Origin: Nitrospira sp.
Lineage (GTDB): Bacteria > Nitrospirota > Nitrospiria > Nitrospirales > Nitrospiraceae
Assembly: GCA_024330945.1 (NCBI GenBank)
Contig: JANDJJ010000001.1
Span: 1-60,768, forward strand
Direction of reading: 5' to 3'
DNA: 60,768 nucleotides
Under the pieces are notes generated by a model, which saw only the letters and a list, made by a program, of their open reading frames with translations, did no database searches and was not told where the DNA came from. The position numbers and the translations under genes are program-made. Shown piece after piece: positions 37,710 through 52,400 of this stretch. Numbering within the stretch: the first letter of the stretch is position 1; each line of letters starts with the position of its first letter.

Positions 37710-38018
37710 ATGAGCCGCTCGTGGAGGAACTTGACGATGCTGATCTTCGCTGTAACCGTCATGGCGTCGGTCGCATCAGCCGCCGACCCGCCCTGTGACA
37801 AGTATCCGCCCGCCAAACAATCCCGCTGCGCCGACATATGGAAAGAACTGAACGAGCAAGACGGGCCGATCATCGCCCAATTCGGACTCGATCAGCAAAA
37901 ACGACGGGAGGAAGGAAAAATCGACGCCCGCCGACACCTGGCCGAGAACATGGCGTTCATCAAACAATCGACCGAGAAGCGGCTCGAACGGCTCAAAGAA
38001 CGTATGGCGAGGGAGTGA
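37710..38018 (+). CDS. Small exported helical protein
   Basis: SD GGAG; signal peptide ending ASA; two Cys. Confidence 0.7.
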   Translation: MSRSWRNLTMLIFAVTVMASVASAADPPCDKYPPAKQSRCADIWKELNEQDGPIIAQFGLDQQKRREEGKIDARRHLAENMAFIKQSTEKRLERLKERMARE

Positions 38019-38039
38019 CAGAACGCATGAACGTCCACC

Positions 38040-38681
38040 CTACGAAGCCCGGATGAACTGATTCGTTTCCTTTTCCCACCCAATTTCGGTTTCGGCCCCA
38101 TGCCCAGTCACGACGACCGTGGCGTCGTCGAGCGTGTAGAGCCGCTCCCTGATCGATTGTTCGATGGCGTCATAGTCGCCGCCCCAGAGATCGGTCCGGC
38201 CGATGCCGCCCCGAAAGAGGGTATCTCCCGCCAGCACCAGTTTTTCGCGAGGCACATGAAAGCTCATCGATCCCGGCGTGTGGCCAGGCGTATGGAGGGC
38301 GAGAAGGGGAATCTCTCCGACCAACAATCGCTCTTCGTCCTTCAACCAATACTCCGGCATCGGGACGATCGCGGACGGCACCCCGAACAGCCGGCATTGG
38401 ACGTCGAGATTCTTCCAGAGATCGAGGTCGTCCTGGTGCAGGCACAGAGTCGCTCCCGTCACCTGCTTCACTAAACCAGCCGCGAGAAAATGGTCGAAGT
38501 GGGCATGAGTGTGGAGGATATGGCTCACCGTCAGCCCGAGCCGCCGCGCCTCTCCAAGAATCCGCTCAGGATCGCCGCCGGGATCGACGATGATCGCCTG
38601 TTTCGTCACGGGATCGCCGAGGATCGAGCAGTTGCACCCGAGCGGAGGAACGGCGAAGGTTTTTCGAATCAGTCCAGACAT
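38040..38681 (-). CDS. MBL-fold metallo-hydrolase (glyoxalase II-like)
   Basis: THAHFDH, HTPGHTPGS, GDTLF..GIGRTDL, GHG. Confidence 0.92.
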   Translation of the reverse strand: MSGLIRKTFAVPPLGCNCSILGDPVTKQAIIVDPGGDPERILGEARRLGLTVSHILHTHAHFDHFLAAGLVKQVTGATLCLHQDDLDLWKNLDVQCRLFGVPSAIVPMPEYWLKDEERLLVGEIPLLALHTPGHTPGSMSFHVPREKLVLAGDTLFRGGIGRTDLWGGDYDAIEQSIRERLYTLDDATVVVTGHGAETEIGWEKETNQFIRAS

Positions 38682-38721
38682 GGGTGCCTCATGCTACCGT
38701 TCTTCCGTCCATCGCCGCAAG

Positions 38722-39372
38722 CTATGGGAATTCTTCTCCTTCACTGCTCTCGTCACGGATGGTCCATACCACGTCCGTCTCGATGATTTTCCAGTCCACA
38801 CCCTTTCGCTCGAACCACACGAGAAAACCTGCGCCGGTGCCCTCAGATCGGACCTGTTCCACATAGAGCAATGCCTGATCGTTGCGCAATGTCCGTCCGA
38901 TCTTCGAAAAAGCCAGGTGTTCTGACGACGGCATCGGCGCCTGCGCCAAGCGCCCGACCTTCAGTGCCTTCCTAGAGAAGACTTCCGGCTCTTCGATCAA
39001 CCCATTCGACAGAAATCGATACGGGACGCCGACACGGAATCGTCCTTCAAGGCGAGCGGCCGCACTGTTCACGTGGACGAAATCGTGCGCCAGCTCCCTT
39101 GGAAGGCGTCCCATGAAATAATCCTGTTCGTAAAACCACTCGACCGTCATCGGTTCCGTTTGGTTCGGCAACAGCCGCGTGACGGTCATCCGCTCGATCA
39201 ACAGCAATCGCGCGCGCGAGGTGAGGAACAACCGCTCGATTGCCCGATCGTACAGGGGATAATCTTCGGCAGGTGCTTCCACCACATTCCCGCCAGTCTC
39301 ATTGCTGAATGCCGCCTGCCACGGCAATCCCAGCCAACATCCCACCGTCAAGATGGCCGCCAGCTTTCTCAT
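38722..39372 (-). CDS. Exported protein of unknown function
   Basis: Signal-peptide-like N-terminus MRKLAAILTVGCWLG; AFSKIG..QALLYVE..GAGFLVWFER. Start approximate. Confidence 0.6.
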   Translation of the reverse strand: MRKLAAILTVGCWLGLPWQAAFSNETGGNVVEAPAEDYPLYDRAIERLFLTSRARLLLIERMTVTRLLPNQTEPMTVEWFYEQDYFMGRLPRELAHDFVHVNSAAARLEGRFRVGVPYRFLSNGLIEEPEVFSRKALKVGRLAQAPMPSSEHLAFSKIGRTLRNDQALLYVEQVRSEGTGAGFLVWFERKGVDWKIIETDVVWTIRDESSEGEEFP

Positions 39373-39480
39373 GGCCGAAGCATACAAGGCCGTTTCCGCG
39401 ACGGTCAAACGGTCAGGCATGGACAACCCGCTGGAAAGCATGGATAATCGGGCCGACTTTTTTTCGGAGAGACCTCTTCT

Positions 39481-40215
39481 ATGCTTGGGCTCGTTCACAT
39501 TTTTCGTCGCCTGCTGGTCATCGGATTGCTCGCTCCTTCATCGGCCCTCGTCGGCTGTAGCCAGGACGATGCGCCTCTGAAGGTGGAAAACGAGGCGTTG
39601 AAGAAGCAAGTGGCCAAGCAAGAAGCCCTGTTGACCTCGCTGCAAGACGGCAATCGCGTCATGCAGCAGCAAATCGATCTGCTGAATCAGGAACTCCGTG
39701 ACGCCAAACGGGCCACCGAATCAGCCAAAGAAGCGACCGCCCGTCTGAATGAACAACTGGAGGCCCAGCTCGCGCAGGTCAAGCGGATGAGCGCGGAGAT
39801 TCAACGGACGGCCCAGGCCCAAGCGGCCCTCTCCATCAAGGCCGACGACAAGGGAGCCCAGTTCGAGACCATTCCCCGTCCCCTGGACGCCGTCGCCAAA
39901 ATAACGGAAGAAGCCTTAGCGAGAAACGGCTATCAAATCAAAGCCGGATTCAGAACCGATCAACAGGCCGTGTACGTGACGGACCGCAAAATCTCCTCTC
40001 CCGCCTCGCTGGAAGTCTCCGGTTTTCGCAATCAATATCTCGTCTCTCTTCAAGCGGCGCCGGGCAACGCCACGAAGCTCGCCGTCAAGGCGGAATTTGA
40101 AAAGATCGCCCAGGGCGGGCGTATCCTGGCCGTCGGCGCGGAGGAGACGGCGGAAATCGAGCGCCGCCTGATCGGCGAAATCAACAAGGCGCTCAACGCG
40201 CCCGGCAGGACGTGA
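39481..40215 (+). CDS. Lipoprotein: coiled coil + BamC-like domain
   Basis: Lipobox LVGC; about 90-aa coiled coil; C-terminal alpha/beta domain ending EIERRLIGEINKAL. Confidence 0.7.
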   Translation: MLGLVHIFRRLLVIGLLAPSSALVGCSQDDAPLKVENEALKKQVAKQEALLTSLQDGNRVMQQQIDLLNQELRDAKRATESAKEATARLNEQLEAQLAQVKRMSAEIQRTAQAQAALSIKADDKGAQFETIPRPLDAVAKITEEALARNGYQIKAGFRTDQQAVYVTDRKISSPASLEVSGFRNQYLVSLQAAPGNATKLAVKAEFEKIAQGGRILAVGAEETAEIERRLIGEINKALNAPGRT

Positions 40216-40424
40216 CGCAGGAGCTGATCATCAACCGGCCATTGCGCTCTCTGAATCATCCGGGTCCCTCCGGCGGCATGCCTGATTAAATCTCATTTGA
40301 AATCGTCGTAACTGAAATCGCCGTGCCCAGGAGCCGACCCCATCGGACGCCCGCCTCGCGGCGTTCCACAACAATCGTTCGTTTCCTTCGCCACACGTCT
40401 CCCTCGTGCTACCATGACGTATCG

Positions 40425-41978
40425 ATGGACACTCCGACCGGCACGCACGACCTCCGCGCGTTGATCCGCTCCTCTCATCCGATCATCGCGATCGACACGG
40501 TCGAAGAAGACCGCGTGTCAGCCTTGCTTCAGTCGGTCACGGCGCAAGAGCGGATGCCCCTCTTCGAGTGGTCGCTCACCAGAGGCCTCACTCGATCCGA
40601 CGGACCGACGCTCAGCAAGTTGACCGCCGCGCCGTTGGCCCTTCTTCAACACCTGCATGGATTGACGGTCGAAGCGGTCTTTTGGCTCAAGGACCTCGCG
40701 CCGCATCTGCAGGACCCGCAGGTCGCCCGCCAGCTTCGAGAGGTAGCGGCCATGTTCTCCCGATCACGCGCCACCTGCGTGATCACCGGCCATCCCCTCA
40801 CCCTGCCGCCCGACATCGAGCGTCTCGCGGTTCGATTCGAACTGCGCCTGCCCGATGACAACGAGCTGCGATTCATGCTCCGCAACCTGCTCCACTCGCT
40901 CGGATCGAGGCTGGCGCCGCAACCGAGCGGCGCGGGAGGCCCCACGCGGAACAAAGCCGGTCGGCCCACCGCCATTCCAAGGACGGATGACGAAGCCGAT
41001 GAGCACGAAGCCGTCCTCCGCGCCTTGCGCGGCCTCACGCTCCATCAAGCCCGCCAGGTCGTGACGCAGTGTCTCGTCGAGGACGGACGCCTCTCCGCCT
41101 CGGCCGTTCAAATCATCATGAAGCGCAAGATCCAACTCATCAAGGACGGAGGGCTGCTGGAATACTATCCTCTTGAAGACAATCGATTCGAGCTGGGCGG
41201 CTTCACCAACTTGAAGGCGTGGCTGGACCGGGCGAAGGTGGGGTTTACGGCCGAGGCCAAGGCGCTCAATCTTTCGCCTCCCCGCGGCATCATGCTGGTG
41301 GGCGTTCCCGGTTGCGGAAAATCGCTTGCGGCAAAATCCGTCGCCCGCTCGTGGCAACTGCCGCTGCTCAAACTCGACGCGGGCCGGCTGTTCGATAAGT
41401 TCGTCGGCGAATCGGAGAAAAACTTCCGCCGAGCGATCGAGGCGGCCGAATCCTTGTCGCCGATCGTGCTCTGGATCGACGAAGTCGAAAAAACGTGGGC
41501 TGGAAGCCGGAGCAGCGGAGAGGCCGATGCCGGCTTGAGCCGGCGTTTGTTCGGCATCTTCCTGACGTGGCTTCAAGAGAAAAAACAGGACGTCTTTGTC
41601 ATCGCCACCGCCAACGATCTTTCGGCCTTGCCGCCGGAATTGCTTCGCAAGGGTCGATTCGACGAGATTTTTTTCGTGGATTTGCCCAACGGTGAAGAAC
41701 GGAAGGCCATTTGGGAAATCCATTTACGCCTTCGAAGGCAGGACACGACGCACTTCGATCTGACCACACTGGCCAGCGCCAGCGACGGGTTCAGCGGGTC
41801 CGAGATCGAACAGGCTGTCGTGGCGTCTCTTTATCGCGCCCTGCATCAACGGACTTCGCTGACGACCGATCTGCTGATCGAGGAGCTGTCCCAGACCGTT
41901 CCGCTCTCCGTCACCAGGCGGGAAGATATCGACGAACTCAGGCGTACAGCTCGAGGACGATTCGCCAACGTGCGGTAA
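40425..41978 (+). CDS. Ycf46-like AAA+ ATPase
   Basis: EEDR N-domain; [11 protein letters not shown]; GVPGCGKS; LWIDEVEK; ATAN; [14 protein letters not shown]; GFSGSEIEQ. Confidence 0.9.
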   Translation: MDTPTGTHDLRALIRSSHPIIAIDTVEEDRVSALLQSVTAQERMPLFEWSLTRGLTRSDGPTLSKLTAAPLALLQHLHGLTVEAVFWLKDLAPHLQDPQVARQLREVAAMFSRSRATCVITGHPLTLPPDIERLAVRFELRLPDDNELRFMLRNLLHSLGSRLAPQPSGAGGPTRNKAGRPTAIPRTDDEADEHEAVLRALRGLTLHQARQVVTQCLVEDGRLSASAVQIIMKRKIQLIKDGGLLEYYPLEDNRFELGGFTNLKAWLDRAKVGFTAEAKALNLSPPRGIMLVGVPGCGKSLAAKSVARSWQLPLLKLDAGRLFDKFVGESEKNFRRAIEAAESLSPIVLWIDEVEKTWAGSRSSGEADAGLSRRLFGIFLTWLQEKKQDVFVIATANDLSALPPELLRKGRFDEIFFVDLPNGEERKAIWEIHLRLRRQDTTHFDLTTLASASDGFSGSEIEQAVVASLYRALHQRTSLTTDLLIEELSQTVPLSVTRREDIDELRRTARGRFANVR

Positions 41979-42201
41979 CGAAGCCGCCATCCCGTTCCTT
42001 CCGACGACTCTTCAATTGAAACCGCCAACCCAGGAGCCGCTTGCTCCACCTGTTCCGCCTGCTTTGTCTTACCGAAAATTTTCCAACGTTCCGTTACAGT
42101 CACGACCCGGAGCAGCCGATAAGAATCTGCAAGGACGCAAAAAGGAAATAACACCGGACTGTGACGGCCCCGTCTTCTAAGTAACCTGTTACAATACCTT
42201 C

Positions 42202-42633
42202 ATGACGCTCTCCTCGAAACACACACGAATGCCGCCCCCCACATCTCTCCGCCACGCGCTGGTGAACGTCCGGCACGGTCTTTTGAAATTGCATAAGGCG
42301 CTCATCGTGGCTGAACAGATCACCTTCGAGCGAATTTATGGACGCATCGACTCGACCAGTCAATTGCTCCAGTTGGTCATGAACGATCCTTGGTTCACGT
42401 GGCTTCATCCTCTTTCCAACTTGATCATACGCATCGACGAACTGCTGGAGAAAGAGGAACGCGTCGTCGCGGAACAGGCGGTCTTTCTCGTTGCCGAAGC
42501 ACGAGCCCTGATCCGCCCGTCCGAAGAGGGAGACGGGTTTGAGCGCAGTTATTACGAAGCGCTGCAACGGGCCCCCGACGTCGTCATGGCCCATTGCGAA
42601 ATAAAAAAGCTGCTGAATCTCCCTTTCGCCTAA
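42202..42633 (+). CDS. Helical hypothetical protein
   Basis: LLKLHKALI..DPWFTWLHPLS..RIDE..YYEALQ..DVVMAH; preceded by an extended -10. Confidence 0.7.
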   Translation: MTLSSKHTRMPPPTSLRHALVNVRHGLLKLHKALIVAEQITFERIYGRIDSTSQLLQLVMNDPWFTWLHPLSNLIIRIDELLEKEERVVAEQAVFLVAEARALIRPSEEGDGFERSYYEALQRAPDVVMAHCEIKKLLNLPFA

Positions 42634-42691
42634 AAGCCCGCGAATCGCACGACTTCTTTGCCGGCTTCTCCGCGACGATTATCCCCCCTTC

Positions 42692-43090
42692 TTAATCCCG
42701 GCCGTGTTTGCCGTGGCCTCTGGCCTTGTCACGTCCCTGTTTCCCATGCTCGCCGGCCGCCTCATCGGCTCGATCGAGCCCCCCTTTGCGATGATCTCTA
42801 TCCTGCCGATGTTTGTGCTTGCCCTTTTTTTCCCCCTTCTCTTTATCGTCTTTATCGTTATCTCTCGTTTTGCCTCCATCGTCGTCGCGTTCCCCGTCAT
42901 GCCTTTTCCGCTTCATTTTCTTGTCTTTTTCCTTCTCCACGGCAGCATCCCGATCCGTCGCAGATTCCTGGGGCATCGGAGAAGGGGGCGTTGCGGGGGC
43001 AGGAGACTTCACGGCCTCTTCTTGGGCGTGCACATTCAGAAAAGTCGAGAACACTACAACGGCGATGGCAACGGCAACAACCTTGATCAT
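42692..43090 (-). CDS. Exported, charged low-complexity protein
   Basis: SD AGGAG; signal peptide ending VHA; K/D/H-rich tail with GLDRADEAAGEHGKQGRDKAR. Confidence 0.7.
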   Translation of the reverse strand: MIKVVAVAIAVVVFSTFLNVHAQEEAVKSPAPATPPSPMPQESATDRDAAVEKEKDKKMKRKRHDGERDDDGGKTRDNDKDDKEKGEKKGKHKHRQDRDHRKGGLDRADEAAGEHGKQGRDKARGHGKHGRD

Positions 43091-43382
43091 TGATTCTCCT
43101 CTTTTTTCTAAAGGGTTCCGAACTCCAATGGCACATTTCGCTCGCATATTTTTCCGCACCATGCCATAACCGGGACGAGAGTCAAGCGGCTCTTGAAAAT
43201 GTTCCTATTCGAATGCCGTTTCTCTCCATCGTGAAGGGCGTTCAACTCGTCGCCTACTCGGAGGGAATTGATCTCCACGGAGTCGACCAGGGAGTTTTGC
43301 TTCTGCTTGACCGGCGGCGGACATTGTGCAGACTGTGCTATCATAAACCGAACCTGTTAATACCTTTCCCCAAGGAGGCAAC

Positions 43383-43637
43383 ATGACTTTCATGCTGATC
43401 GGGTTTGCGGTTTTTACGACGTTTGTTTGGTTTTTCGGAACCGCGATGGCTGGCTTGGCCTGGAGGATATTCGAAGGAGAGTCCAATAAGGTACTTCGTC
43501 AGGCCCAGCAAAATAACGCGTCCTCCGTCTCTCCGCCCAAACGCCCGGCGGGGCCGAGGGCCGGAAGGCCGACTCCGCCCTTACCGGGCAACGGCCCCCG
43601 TTTTTATACCGATAGAAGACAGACGGCCCCTCGCTAA
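43383..43637 (+). CDS. Small protein with N-terminal TM
   Basis: SD AAGGAGG; hydrophobic N-terminus; extended -10 TGcTATCAT upstream. Confidence 0.6.
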   Translation: MTFMLIGFAVFTTFVWFFGTAMAGLAWRIFEGESNKVLRQAQQNNASSVSPPKRPAGPRAGRPTPPLPGNGPRFYTDRRQTAPR

Positions 43638-43709
43638 AAATAAATGGGCATGGAGAAATGTTCGGAAAGAAGCTGAGAAGACACGATCAAGGAAAGGTCT
43701 TTGTTGCGA

Positions 43710-45146
43710 TCATAACCGAGCGCGTTTTGCCGACTTCCCGGCCCGTAAATACCCGTCGATGCCTGCGGCCATCTTGCGCCCCTCGGCGATGGCCCAGACA
43801 ATAAGGGAGGCCCCACGCCTCGTATCGCCGCCGGCAAACACCCCGTCAAGGTTGGTCATGAAATTTTCGTCCACTTGCACTGCTCCCCGTTGATCATATT
43901 TCACACCGAGGCTGTCCAACAACCCCTGCTTGACAGGCCCGGTGAAGCCCATGGCCAGCAGCACCAGATCGACCTCCATCTCAAAATCGGTATTGGGGAT
44001 CGGCGTAAATTTTCCGTTTTCATAGGCCACGCGATGCGCATGCAACTTGGTGACATGGCCGTCGCGCCCGGAAAATCTCGTGGTGGACACGCTCCATTGC
44101 CGATCGCAGCCCTCTTCATGAGCGTGCGAAGTGCGCAACTGCATGGGCCAGAGCGGCCAAGGGGTCGACTCGGCCCGTTGGGGGGGAGGCTCCGGCAACA
44201 ATTCGAATTGATGCACCTCTCGACACCCTTGTCGGTGCGCCGTTCCCAAACAATCGGACCCTGTGTCGCCGCCGCCGATGATCACCACGCGCTTGCCCGC
44301 CGCGGTGATCGACTCATCCATGATCGAGTCCCCGGCGTTGCGTTTGTTTTGTTGGGTCAAGTAGTCCATCGCAAAGTGAATGCCTTTCAGCTCGCGACCC
44401 GGAACGGAGAGATCCCTCGGCTGTTCGGCGCCGAGCGTGAGTCCCACGGCGTCAAATCGCTTAAGAAGCTCATCCCCGGACAGGTCTTTTCCGACCGCTA
44501 CGTTGGTCGCGAACGTGACACCTTCGGCCCGCATCTGATCGAGGCGGCGGTCGATGACCCATTTCTCCATCTTGAAATCGGGAATTCCGTACCGCAGCAA
44601 CCCGCCGATGCGGTCCGCCTTCTCGAACACCGTGACGTCATGGCCGGCGCGGCACAACTGCTGCGCCGCAGCCAGTCCGGCCGGACCCGAGCCGACAATC
44701 GCGACCGTCTTGCCTGTCTTGGAGACCGGCAGAATCGGCTCGACCAACCCCTCGCTGAATCCGTGTTCGATGATATTCCACTCGATGATGCGAATGGAGA
44801 CCGGCTCTTCGTTGATCCCTAACACACAGGCGGATTCACACGGCGCCGGACAGAGGCGCCCGGTGAATTCCGGGAAATTATTGGTGGCATGCAGCGCCTT
44901 GAGGGCGCTGAGCCATCTGCCCCGGTAGATGAGGTCGTTCCACTCGGGAATCAGATTGACGACCGGACAACCGTTGGTGCTTTGGCAAAACGGGACGCCG
45001 CAATCCATGCAACGCGCCCCCTGCACCCGCAACTTCTCGTCGGAAATCGGCTCGTACAATTCTTTCCAATCCTTGACGCGCAACTCGACGGGGCGACGCT
45101 TCGGTCCCTCTCGCGCGAATTTGATGAAACCTTTCGGATCTCCCAT
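43710..45146 (-). CDS. gltD: Glutamate synthase small subunit
   Basis: RCMDCGVPFC, NNFPEFTGRLCPAPCE, GSGPAG, GGGDTGSDC, SLIVWAIAEGR. Confidence 0.97.
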   Translation of the reverse strand: MGDPKGFIKFAREGPKRRPVELRVKDWKELYEPISDEKLRVQGARCMDCGVPFCQSTNGCPVVNLIPEWNDLIYRGRWLSALKALHATNNFPEFTGRLCPAPCESACVLGINEEPVSIRIIEWNIIEHGFSEGLVEPILPVSKTGKTVAIVGSGPAGLAAAQQLCRAGHDVTVFEKADRIGGLLRYGIPDFKMEKWVIDRRLDQMRAEGVTFATNVAVGKDLSGDELLKRFDAVGLTLGAEQPRDLSVPGRELKGIHFAMDYLTQQNKRNAGDSIMDESITAAGKRVVIIGGGDTGSDCLGTAHRQGCREVHQFELLPEPPPQRAESTPWPLWPMQLRTSHAHEEGCDRQWSVSTTRFSGRDGHVTKLHAHRVAYENGKFTPIPNTDFEMEVDLVLLAMGFTGPVKQGLLDSLGVKYDQRGAVQVDENFMTNLDGVFAGGDTRRGASLIVWAIAEGRKMAAGIDGYLRAGKSAKRARL

Positions 45147-45172
45147 CTGTTTTCAACGCTCCGACGAACGTC

Positions 45173-49690
<4,518 letters not shown>

Positions 49691-49919
49691 GTCCCGTATC
49701 CCGTTCACAATGTGGGGAAGTTTCCTGATCGGACGGAGCGCGTCGAACGAGGAGATTTGGACCCGGTTGATTTCATCATTCTCCGGCTGAATTTCTCAGC
49801 CGATTCTCAGGCAGGAACTTACTGGATGGGTCCTCCCTCTGTCAAGGTTGTACCGCCGCCCCCCTGACCGCCACCGTTTGCTTGACTTTATTTCCTACTC
49901 TGCCATACCATCCCCCTTC

Positions 49920-50924
49920 ATGAGTGGGGGCCCCGTGATTTCAACCATCAACACCATGGCGGACGTCTGGGAGGCGTATCGCCACGAGCTGGAAGAAGTC
50001 GAAGAGCGGGTGAAGCAAAACCTCGACTCCAGCGTCGCGCTCGTCAACACGGTGGCCGCCCAGATCCTAAGCGGCGGCGGAAAGCGCATCAGACCGCTTC
50101 TTCTTTTGTTGAGCGCCCGGCTCTGCGGCTATACGGACAAAGAACACCATCAACTGGGGAGCCTGGTGGAATTTATCCACACGGCCACGTTGTTGCACGA
50201 CGACGTCGTCGACGAAGCCGATCTCCGCCGAGGCCGACGGACCGCCCGACGGGTTTGGGGCAACCAAATCAGCATCCTCGTGGGCGATTACCTCTACACC
50301 AGGGCCATGTGCCGCGTCGTCGAGTTTCGGAGCCAGGGCATCAACGAAGTGCTGGCCGAGGCCTGCAAGAAAATGGCGGAGGGGGAAGTCCTGCAGTTGT
50401 ACTACAACGGCAACCCGTCCATCCCCGAAAGCGATTACATCAAAATCGTCGAACATAAAACCGCCGGGTTGATCGCGGCCGCCTGTCGAATGGGCGCCAT
50501 TTTGGCCGAAGCCTCCGAAGCGCAGCAAGAGGCCCTGTTTCGATTCGGACAGTACCTGGGCATCGCCTTCCAGGTCGCCGACGACACCTTGGACTATACC
50601 GCGAACGGCGCCTCACTGGGGAAAACCATCGGACAGGACTTGCGGCAGGGGAAAGCCACGCTTCCGTTGCTCCATTTGCTCCGGCAATGCTCGGAGCAAG
50701 ACGCGCGCATGATCAAAGACCGGATGGAGACCAGAACCCTGAGCGCCGCCGATTTGGAACGGATCCTGTTTCTGATGACGGAATGTGGATCGATCACCTA
50801 TGCGATGGATCGAGCCCGAACATACGTAGCTGCGGCCAAGCGCGAGCTCGACCTGTTCGAAGACGGTCCGGCACGGCGCGCCTTGGCGGTCATCGCCGAT
50901 TACATGATCACCAGAGATCGATAG
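49920..50924 (+). CDS. ispB: Polyprenyl diphosphate synthase (IspB-like)
   Basis: GGKRIRP, LLHDDVVD..RRG, KTA, FQVADDTLD, DLRQGKATLP. Confidence 0.9.
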   Translation: MSGGPVISTINTMADVWEAYRHELEEVEERVKQNLDSSVALVNTVAAQILSGGGKRIRPLLLLLSARLCGYTDKEHHQLGSLVEFIHTATLLHDDVVDEADLRRGRRTARRVWGNQISILVGDYLYTRAMCRVVEFRSQGINEVLAEACKKMAEGEVLQLYYNGNPSIPESDYIKIVEHKTAGLIAAACRMGAILAEASEAQQEALFRFGQYLGIAFQVADDTLDYTANGASLGKTIGQDLRQGKATLPLLHLLRQCSEQDARMIKDRMETRTLSAADLERILFLMTECGSITYAMDRARTYVAAAKRELDLFEDGPARRALAVIADYMITRDR

Positions 50925-51060
50925 CCGTCTTCCCGCCCGTCCATATCGCAGAACGGTCTTGGGAAAGAACTCCCCTCGGAATGGCAAGACTCATTTCCTG
51001 GTCGATATACATCGTTCAATCATCGTCACACGTCACACAAAGCAGTAAAGAGGTCCGGTC

Positions 51061-52383
51061 ATGTCAGAGATTTTCCCGTTTCACGGCACACTTTACGACC
51101 CCGCCGTTGTGGGCAACATTAAAGAAGTGGTCGCCCCGCCCTACGACATCATCGACGCAGCCGGTCAAGACGCGCTTCATCGACGTCATCCGCACAACAT
51201 TATTCGCTTGGAACTGGGTCTCGACCAGCCGGGAGACGGACCGACCGAAAACCGCTATACCCGGGCCGCCGCCACGTTGCGCGAGTGGCGCGCAAACGGC
51301 ATACTTAAACGAGACCGGCAACCAGCTCTCTACTACCATACGATTGAATATCGCCCTCCCTCATCCGGCGCCGACGCAACGGCTTCAAAAGTCCTGCGCG
51401 GATTCCTCGCGCTGGTCAAGCTCGAGGCGTTGGACTCCGGACGGATCTATCCCCATGAAAACACCAGAACCGCGGCGAAAACCGACCGCCTGAACCTCTT
51501 GCGGGCCTGCCGAGCGAACGTGAGCCCCATTTGGTCGCTGTATTCCGATCCGGAGGGCAGCGTGGTCGGACTCTTGGAAACGGCCGCAAAGGAACGACCA
51601 GCCCGCTACGACTTTGAAGACGACACAGGTTTCCGCGAGCGGCTTTGGTCCGTCACCGACCCCGTTCTCCTCGATCAAGTCGTCCACGCCATGCGGAGCA
51701 AAGCTCTTTTTATCGCGGACGGCCATCACCGCTATGAAACCGCATTGAATTACCAAACGCTTCGCCGGCAAGAGGGCGGTCCCGTGAGCCTCCAGCCCTA
51801 TGATTGCGTTTTGATGCTGCTGGCTCCATTGGAAGATCCCGGCTTGACCGTTCTGCCGACACACCGTGTTCTCACCACTCCCCTGCCGCCGTACGAGAAG
51901 ATCAAATCCTTGCTCGGCGACACGTTCGACTATCAGGAATTTCCCTATACGGACGCCTCGCAAGAGACGACGCGTGCGCAATTCATCGCCGCCCTCAGGT
52001 CGAACGGGCGATCCGCCCCCGCGTTTGGAATGGCCGTGAAGGGCGAGTCGCGATACGCCACCCTGACGTTGAAACCGGCCCATCGCCCGTCGCCCGACGC
52101 CTCCCCGCGCGCGCGCCTTGACGTGTCGCTGCTCCAGCAACTGATCATCGCCAAACTCTGCCCTTCGCGCGAAGAGCAAGAAGCGATTCTGTACACCAAG
52201 AACGATCACGAAGCGTTGAAGTGGGTCGATCAAGGAATCGGCACCGGGGCCTTACTGCTCAACGCGACCAAGGTGGGGGAAATCCGCGCGGTCGCGACGG
52301 CGGGCGAGCGCATGCCGCACAAATCAACGTATTTCTACCCCAAACCGCTCACCGGTTTGGTTCTCCACGTGATGGAGGAGTGA
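51061..52383 (+). CDS. DUF1015 family protein
   Basis: APPYDII, IYPHENT, IADGHHRYETA, MPHKSTYFYPKP. Confidence 0.9.
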   Translation: MSEIFPFHGTLYDPAVVGNIKEVVAPPYDIIDAAGQDALHRRHPHNIIRLELGLDQPGDGPTENRYTRAAATLREWRANGILKRDRQPALYYHTIEYRPPSSGADATASKVLRGFLALVKLEALDSGRIYPHENTRTAAKTDRLNLLRACRANVSPIWSLYSDPEGSVVGLLETAAKERPARYDFEDDTGFRERLWSVTDPVLLDQVVHAMRSKALFIADGHHRYETALNYQTLRRQEGGPVSLQPYDCVLMLLAPLEDPGLTVLPTHRVLTTPLPPYEKIKSLLGDTFDYQEFPYTDASQETTRAQFIAALRSNGRSAPAFGMAVKGESRYATLTLKPAHRPSPDASPRARLDVSLLQQLIIAKLCPSREEQEAILYTKNDHEALKWVDQGIGTGALLLNATKVGEIRAVATAGERMPHKSTYFYPKPLTGLVLHVMEE

Positions 52384-52400
52384 CGCAGGGAGACAGGACC

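Noticed and set aside
43129-43146. TGGCAC-containing sigma54-like site
   Set aside because: Does not meet the GG-N10-GC spacing.
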